Shown one piece after another: positions 30,291 to 35,743 of a DNA stretch of 35,743 nt (positions are counted from its first letter, which is position 1; every line of letters begins with the position of its first letter). The notes beneath the pieces are model-generated. The model was not told the DNA's origin. It was given only the letters and a program-made list of their open reading frames with translations, and searched no databases. The position numbers and the translations under genes are program-made. This DNA is from Methanoregula sp. (GTDB taxonomy: Archaea > Halobacteriota > Methanomicrobia > Methanomicrobiales > Methanospirillaceae): positions 1-35,743 of the forward strand of contig JBDKTL010000026.1 of assembly GCA_039698055.1 (NCBI GenBank). The letters run 5' to 3'.

Positions 30291-30710
30291 ATGATGCAGA
30301 AAGCAGGTTATATCCAGAGAACCGGGTGCAGGGCGTTTGACAGCGACGGGGTCGCTCATGAAGTCATCGAACTCTATCTTGTCGGCACCCGGTATGCACT
30401 CAGGAAAAACGATCTGGCCCAGGGTATCTCCGGGCACGTGTTTGTGCAGGTGGAATCCCTGACCCGGGAATGGAACTACTATCTTGGTGCAACCTGCGGG
30501 ATTGCACAGGTATCCGTGTCAGGAAAGGCGCTCAACATCGAGCTCTTTGAAGCAGGCAATTTCACCATCTCCCTTGCAGCCCTCAAAAACGTGATGTACG
30601 GGAAAGAGCGCAAAGGCGTTGTCGTCAGGATACCCGATCAGCCCCTGCAGCCGGTATGGAAACCCCGCCGCCAGACGATGGGACAGCAGAATATCAGCGC
30701 GGTTGTCTGA
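30291..30710 (+). CDS. Hypothetical protein
   Basis: 139-aa ORF preceded by TTATATA and an AGGTG RBS-like motif; no recognisable family. Confidence 0.65.
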   Translation: MMQKAGYIQRTGCRAFDSDGVAHEVIELYLVGTRYALRKNDLAQGISGHVFVQVESLTREWNYYLGATCGIAQVSVSGKALNIELFEAGNFTISLAALKNVMYGKERKGVVVRIPDQPLQPVWKPRRQTMGQQNISAVV

Positions 30711-30888
30711 ACAAGACCCGCGATACCCCCCTCGTTTTACCCCCTCATTTTTTGTATCTCCTCTGTCCGGCGGGCGATCTCCGGGACTGCATCGCTTAAA
30801 ATTAATAGTCTCACAACAGATCTATTTTCAGGAATGATCACGTCCCTTTTTACTTCAGGAAAATACCAGAGCCTCATGGAGAACCTGC

Positions 30889-31821
30889 ATGGAAACTGAT
30901 CCTGCCGTTTTTCGCGAGCTTGTCGAGTGCCAGCAGGACCTGATCGTGAAGTTCAGCCCCGAAGGCCGGCTCCAGTTCGTCAACGCCGCGTATTGCGATC
31001 TTGTGGGAAAAACAAAGGAGGAACTGGCCGGTGCGGTGTTTATGCCGGTGACAAGCGAGCGCTACACCGACGCTCTTGCCACGCATATGACCAAGCTCTT
31101 CCGGGCCCCCTATACCTGCATGGTTGACCAGTGGATTCCTTCCCTCAGGGGGCTGCGGTGCATCAGCTGGTCGGCACGCTCGCTGCGCAACGACCAGGGA
31201 AAGGTTACGGCAATTGTTGCCACCGGGCGGGATGTGACCCGGCAAAAGGAGGAGCAGCGGGCAACAAAGCGCAAGGATGACGACCTGATGCTCGTGATCG
31301 AGAGCGGCAAGCCGATGTTTTACACGCATACGCCCGATCACAGCGTGATGTTTGTCAGCCCGAGGCTCCGCACGCTTCTTGGCTGTGCCCCTCATGCCGG
31401 GAAACGGTTATGGACTGACTACCTCTCCGACAACCCGGTCAACGGGCAGGGACTGGAACGAACGATCAAGGCAGTCGCGTCAGGGCGCCGCGAACCCCCG
31501 TACCGGCTGGAATTTCTGCGGCCCGATGACACCCGGGTATGGGTGGAAGTCAATGAGATCCCGGTAGTCAGGAGCGGCAAAGTGGTTGCGATTGCCGGGT
31601 CGTTAATTGACGTAACGGAGAAAAAGCGCGTTGATGAGGGGCTGGTCGAAGCAGAAGTCCTCCTCAAGGGGTATGGCAGCCATAAAGCCGGTGGGAGCGC
31701 ACAGCGACCCGCTGCGGTAAAAGCCAAGAGCCCGTTCTCGTTTTTTGCGTCCATCTTTTCGAAAGACACGAGCGGGGAAGAAGAGGAAGAGTCGTTTGAT
31801 ATCCCGGCAAATCTCCGGTAA
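30889..31821 (+). CDS. Tandem PAS-domain protein without output domain
   Basis: FRELVECQQDLIV...FVNAAYC...ATGRDVT; second PAS/PAC ...DDTRVWVEV...SLIDVTEKK; low-complexity acidic tail. Confidence 0.85.
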   Translation: METDPAVFRELVECQQDLIVKFSPEGRLQFVNAAYCDLVGKTKEELAGAVFMPVTSERYTDALATHMTKLFRAPYTCMVDQWIPSLRGLRCISWSARSLRNDQGKVTAIVATGRDVTRQKEEQRATKRKDDDLMLVIESGKPMFYTHTPDHSVMFVSPRLRTLLGCAPHAGKRLWTDYLSDNPVNGQGLERTIKAVASGRREPPYRLEFLRPDDTRVWVEVNEIPVVRSGKVVAIAGSLIDVTEKKRVDEGLVEAEVLLKGYGSHKAGGSAQRPAAVKAKSPFSFFASIFSKDTSGEEEEESFDIPANLR

Positions 31822-31987
31822 TTTTTTAAATTGTTCCGGTTTTTTGTTGAAACCCCCTGAACTGCACTATTTTAGAACACCTGCCTGATGGAGCGACCGG
31901 GCTCCTTTGAGTCTTTCTGGAATTGTTGTCCCGTGCCGGAATCTCTTCCCGGATTTTTTTTGCACCAGCGATCCCTCCGGCACCGGA

Positions 31988-32510
31988 AGGGTACCTCCCC
32001 CACCATGAGGTACCCCCTTGGGTGGGTGGGTCGCACTGAGGCAGGTACCCCTTGTGGGGGGTACCTCCCGTACTGCCAGGCACCCCCACCGGCCTACCCC
32101 TCCTCTTTTGCATCTTCATTGCCTACGTTTCCTGTGGAGGTTCAGGCGGGATCTATTGCACGCCAGATGTTCCACAACGGGAGGTACCCTGCCGACCGAC
32201 CCCTCCCTGATCAGGAGGTACCCCCCAAGGGGGGTGGGTCATGCTGAGGCAGGTACCCCTGGAGGGGGGTAGGTCGGTCCGGGTGAGGTACCCCCTCTGG
32301 GGGATGGGTCATAGTGAGGCAGGTACCCTCCCCGGCCTGCCACCCCTTTTGGGGAACCGTGACCTTTCCTGGCATGGGTTTCACGGCGATATAGTCTTAC
32401 CGGGCCGGGTTTTGGCAGGAGGTTTTGCCGGCCCGACCCCTCACTGATCAAGAGGTACCCCCCCGGGGGGGGTCTGTCGTACTGAGGGAGGTACCCCTCC
32501 CGGGGGGTGC
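31988..32510. repeat. Non-coding array of degenerate ~35-bp repeats anchored on GGTACC
   Basis: GGTACC at 31990, 32009, 32044, 32060, 32183, 32217, 32252, 32287, 32322, 32454, 32490; spacings of 34-36 bp recur; units read about AGGTACCCC(C)n3-4GGGGG.t.GGTC....tGAGG. Confidence 0.85.
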
Positions 32511-32569
32511 CTCTTGGTGTAAAAAAGTTGGGAGGGTGGCCGGGTAACTTGCCGGGCGGTTGGGAACGG

Positions 32570-32728
32570 TCAGCGGGCGAGCGCACTGAGATGCAGTTCG
32601 ATGGCTTCGGCAATATTTTTCTTCGCCTCTGCCTCAGTCTTTCCCTGAGAGACGCAGCCGGGGAGTGCCGGTACGGTGACAATGTACCAGCCATCCTCAT
32701 CCTGTTCAATTGCAATTTTGAAGTCCAT
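32570..32728 (-). pseudogene. hicB: HicB-family antitoxin, probably truncated; no hicA seen
   Basis: Manual translation MDFKIAIEQDEDGWYIVTVPALPGCVSQGKTEAEAKKNIAEAIELHLSALAR* (52 aa); PGCxSQGxT motif; stops before the usual G.P.P tail. Confidence 0.75.
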
Positions 32729-32781
32729 ACCTGCTCTCTTCAAATTGTGTACAAATCTTATGTCCCGGTATTTATGAGGAT

Positions 32782-33021
32782 TTATTTCCCCGCAACAATT
32801 GCAATCTCCTCGTCTGTCAGCCCGTACAATTTATCCACGATCTTATCGATTGTCGCATCCGTCGCCTTAACCTGCCGGGATAACTGTGTCTTTTCCTGCT
32901 CAAGCCGGTAGTCCTGCAACCGCTTGTTCAAATCGAGCATCCGGGTGATGAGCACAACCCTGCGATCATGCCGGGAGATCATTGTGGGATTGGGATCGTT
33001 GGTATATGTTTTCACTTTCAC
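32782..33021 (-). pseudogene. Isolated C-terminal tail of a type IIG (Eco57I-like) restriction-modification enzyme
   Basis: HDRRVVLITRMLDLNKRL...QVKATDATIDKIVDKLYGLTDEEIAIVAGK resembles the conserved C-terminus of type IIG RM proteins; no nuclease or MTase motifs. Confidence 0.7.
32796..32850. repeat. Direct repeat copy 1 (RM 3'-end sequence); copy 2 at 34696-34750
   Basis: 47/55 identical to 34696-34750; exact 16-mer CCGTACAATTTATCCA at 32822 and 34722. Confidence 0.85.
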
Positions 33022-33116
33022 TCCACTTACCGAGCCTTAATTTTTGCAAACGGTGATGGTGATTTGTCAATAACTCTCCTAAACAATTTGAGAGTTGCTG
33101 CAAAGGAGATAAAAAA

Positions 33117-33284
33117 ATGGCAAAGAACACAGGCAAAGATTTTCGAATCGGAGCAGTAGATGATCGAAGTCAGGTTCTCAACCCAAAGACAGCCCAGTTT
33201 GTGAAGCGCGATACAAACACTGGTCAATTCATGGATATAAAACAAGATGGAAGGCCGTTCAAAGGTGTAACAAAGGAAAAATAA
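33117..33284 (+). CDS. Small basic hypothetical protein (55 aa)
   Basis: MAKNTGKDFRIGAVDDRSQVLNPKTAQFVKRDTNTGQFMDIKQDGRPFKGVTKEK; AAGGAG RBS at 33103-33108; T-run after the stop. Not in the ORF track. Confidence 0.8.
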   Translation: MAKNTGKDFRIGAVDDRSQVLNPKTAQFVKRDTNTGQFMDIKQDGRPFKGVTKEK

Positions 33285-33397
33285 TTTTTCCTATCTTTAA
33301 AATTCCCGTAGAGTTCAAATGCTGAAATGAATAGTGAATAATCGACCGTATTGTATTTAAGAACAGAATTATTATATCCGGAGACTAAAGGTCAATT

Positions 33398-33883
33398 ATG
33401 ACGATCCTGTTAACTGATATTGCTATTGGATCGTTATTGGAAGAGCGAAAAGAACTACCTGAAGATTTCCTGAACCAACTGAAGCTTAAGTCCAAACACG
33501 GGCATAAAGAGTACGACAAAGAAATTCCTGGTGAGAATGGATCAAATTTCCGTTTAATCTTACGGCAGAGCGAACTGAACCAACTGGATTTCTCGGTTAT
33601 CCTTGCGTATCTTCCAAAAGGATCAAACCAGCAGTTCCGTCTCCGCAGGTATAATGGAAAAAGTCATGAGCATGCCAATCATATTGAGAAAAACAAATTC
33701 TATGGGTTCCATATTCATACAGCAACTGAACGCTACCAGCAATCCGGTTACCGGGAAGATACCTATGCAGAGGAGACAACCCGGTATGCAGATTATTACG
33801 GTGCGATTGATTGCATGGTAAAAGATTGCGGGTTTAGGATCTCGTCGAAAAACCGTGAGCTTTCTCAATGGGGGACGGGTTAA
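33398..33883 (+). CDS. DUF6978-like protein (His-rich putative nuclease/toxin)
   Basis: LRRYNGKSHEHANHIE...FYGFHIHTATERY motif; stop overlaps the next ATG (TAATG). Family call is from memory. Confidence 0.6.
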   Translation: MTILLTDIAIGSLLEERKELPEDFLNQLKLKSKHGHKEYDKEIPGENGSNFRLILRQSELNQLDFSVILAYLPKGSNQQFRLRRYNGKSHEHANHIEKNKFYGFHIHTATERYQQSGYREDTYAEETTRYADYYGAIDCMVKDCGFRISSKNRELSQWGTG

Positions 33884-34668
33884 TGTCGGTCAAGGCAATT
33901 ACACAAAATTTCCGGCAAAAAGTATGCGACCAGGTACGTGTTGAAGCCGAAGGTGTAGACCGCTACCGTGTATTCACTCCCTTCCTCTTTGAAGATGGAG
34001 ATCATGTTGTTATTGTCTTGAAACAGGAAAACGGCCAATGGGTGCTTTCCGATGAGGGGCATACCTTCATGCACCTTACCTACGATCTGGATGATAAGGA
34101 TCTACGAAATGGAGGACGGCAGAAAATTATCTCAAATGCCCTCTCTGCATTCTCGGTTGAGGATCGGAATGGAGAGTTGATCCTATCGATAGACAGCGAT
34201 CAATATGGGGATGCTCTGTACAGCTACGTCCAGGCTTTACTCAAAATTTCAGATGTGTCCTATCTTTCGCGGGAGCGTGTCCGCACCACCTTTATGGAGG
34301 ATGTCCGGGAATTCGTAAAAGAGCAGATTCCTGAAGAATATGTCCAGTTCGAATGGCATGATCCAACACATGATCCTGACAGCCGGTATACCGCCGATTG
34401 TATGATAGAAAGTTCATCCGGTCCGATCCTCATTTACGCCTTGGCAAACGATGACCGGGTGAGAGAAGCAACAATCAATCTTCTCATGTTTGAGAAATGG
34501 GGCCTGAAATTCCGGTCCATCGGCATCTTTGAAGATCAGGAAGAAATTAACCGAAAGACGCTTGCGAAGTTCTCGGATGTATGTGAGAAACAGTTCTCCA
34601 ATTTCCCGGGAAATAAGGAACGACTCTTGAAATATGTGCAGGAATATGGCGGTCTCGCGACAGGATAA
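33883..34668 (+). CDS. DUF1828/DUF1829-like protein
   Basis: VFTPFLFEDGDHVVIVLK...VLSDEGHTF N-terminal pattern; FMEDVREFV...YTADCMI restriction-fold-like C-terminal half; ATG 33883. Confidence 0.75.
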   Translation: MSVKAITQNFRQKVCDQVRVEAEGVDRYRVFTPFLFEDGDHVVIVLKQENGQWVLSDEGHTFMHLTYDLDDKDLRNGGRQKIISNALSAFSVEDRNGELILSIDSDQYGDALYSYVQALLKISDVSYLSRERVRTTFMEDVREFVKEQIPEEYVQFEWHDPTHDPDSRYTADCMIESSSGPILIYALANDDRVREATINLLMFEKWGLKFRSIGIFEDQEEINRKTLAKFSDVCEKQFSNFPGNKERLLKYVQEYGGLATG

Positions 34669-34672
34669 ATTT

Positions 34673-34920
34673 TTAGTTTACCGTCGCCCCCTCAGCAATC
34701 GCAATCTCCTCCTCCGTAAGGCCGTACAATTTATCCATGATTTGATCGATGGGAACATCCGTTACATCAATCTTCGTCATGAGTGGTTTCAATTTACCGC
34801 ATGAATCGGTGTGCCAAGCTTCCAAGTTTTTACGATTTGTCAGTATTCTTCTCTTTGTTCATCTCCACCATTTGTTCCGCAAGGGACGCGAGGAGATCGT
34901 GGACAACATCGGCATTCGCC
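34673..34920 (-). pseudogene. Second decayed type IIG RM C-terminal fragment (frame break/internal deletion)
   Basis: ANADVVHDLLASLAEQMVEMNKEKN in one frame, then NRKNLEAWHTDSCGKLKPLMTKIDVTDVPIDQIMDKLYGLTEEEIAIAEGATVN* in another; stop at 34673-34675. Confidence 0.68.
34696..34750. repeat. Direct repeat copy 2 (RM 3'-end sequence)
   Basis: 47/55 identical to 32796-32850, offset exactly 1900 bp. Confidence 0.85.
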
Positions 34921-35071
34921 CGGAAGCCGGGGCAAAGCAGGGATGAGGGAAAAGGGGAGGGTTCGAAGATTGGCGTTTGCACTGGTGGGGGGTTGTAGGG
35001 ATCTTGTATTTTGCAACCCATCATATCTGATATCACTGTTCTTGGAAACTGCAAATATCTGGAAATATCGA

Positions 35072-35626
35072 TTATCTTGTCAAAGGATTTTGAATTAATA
35101 AAACAGTAATACTCACATTTCTTTGCGAATTTGCTGATTCTTGCAACGCGGGATAATTTGCAATGGTAAGATAATAATCGCCTTCAATGGATGGTGTAAA
35201 ATTAAAATTCCGACTTTGTATATTTGTATAACATGCTCTCCAAGATAATTGAGAAGAATTCTGTTTGAGGAACTCTTCAAATGTGTCAAGGTCCTTTTGA
35301 TTGAAAATAAAAGCAGTTACTTCATAATCGCTTGATATTTTTATCATATTAATTTCAGTTCCGGAACTGTGGAACTGGAGATTTTGAACTGAATTATTGG
35401 GGATCTTGAATGGGGTTGTTGCGTTTGTATCTATATCGACTGGAAATTGGGGGGAATTTTCAGGATAACCGGAATCTCGGAACAAGTTATATTTTCCATC
35501 GGGATAGTATACATAATAGAACCCAATATCATCATAACGAGCGCCCCCTGGTTTCTGAGGTATATAATCAAGATTTAACCAATATTCAGTGGAGCCATTC
35601 GAATCAACTTCTTTGTGATATAGGAC
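35072..35626 (-). pseudogene. 5'-truncated hypothetical gene fragment (exported-protein-like beta domain)
   Basis: Frame stays open upstream of the TTG at 35485 to 35626 (…YHKEVDSNGSTEYWLNLDYIPQKPGGARY…) with no ATG; in-frame TAA at 35627-35629; AT-rich. Confidence 0.45.
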
Positions 35627-35743
35627 TTACGCAAAAGCGGGATCAAACCGGCAGATCAAAATAATTTAACGACAGAAGAAAAGACCGTGGACAAGTCACG
35701 GAAGATAACCGACTTGGATTACATCAATTTCCTTGTAGTTGCG

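Noticed and set aside
31988-32510. CRISPR array
   Set aside because: Units are adjacent degenerate ~35-mers without identical repeats separated by unique spacers, and there are no cas genes.
31988-32510. Chromosomal origin (ORB elements)
   Set aside because: G-strings are present, but there is no TCCA-GAAAC ORB core, no AT-rich unwinding element inside the array and no cdc6/orc1 nearby.
31826-32715. ORFs 31826-32119, 31888-32247, 32018-32272, 32239-32715, 32241-32447
   Set aside because: G/P/R-rich translations of the GC-rich repeat on both strands with no protein motifs.
1-35743. tRNA/rRNA genes, integrase or transposase
   Set aside because: No cloverleaf/T-loop pattern or recombinase motifs were found by eye in the intergenic regions or ORFs; tRNAscan-SE would be needed to exclude them fully.

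Overview
Archaeal chromosomal window from a hydrogenotrophic methanogen, most likely Methanomicrobiales/Methanoregula-like (inferred from gene content). Positions 1-31.8 kb are mostly housekeeping: tfuA-ycaO (MCR thioamidation; tfuA is cut by the window edge and missing from the ORF track), a transglutaminase-like exported protein, fen, a presenilin-type protease, NOG1 GTPase, HTH-CBS regulator, PRC-barrel, the dapL-lysA-rpa-radA-HAD phosphatase run, cutA, DUF1890/DUF1894, a response regulator, a HEAT-repeat protein, a 2-oxoacid:ferredoxin oxidoreductase alpha/beta pair, an IPT/TIG lipoprotein, TspO, an ABC-ATPase + TOPRIM-like pair, rubredoxin (unlisted)-fprA-desulfoferrodoxin, trkH, a three-gene nitrogenase-like (NifH/NifD/NifK-like) operon that is neither canonical Nif nor a typical CfbCD, and a PAS-only protein. 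From about 31.9 kb the window turns into an accessory zone. It holds a non-coding array of ~35-bp GGTACC-anchored hairpin repeats and an orphan truncated hicB. It also holds two decayed 3' ends of type IIG restriction-modification genes, which form a direct repeat exactly 1900 bp apart around a three-gene cassette (55-aa peptide, DUF6978-like, DUF1828-like). The best candidates for something new are the nitrogenase-like operon, the GGTACC array and the RM-tail-flanked cassette.
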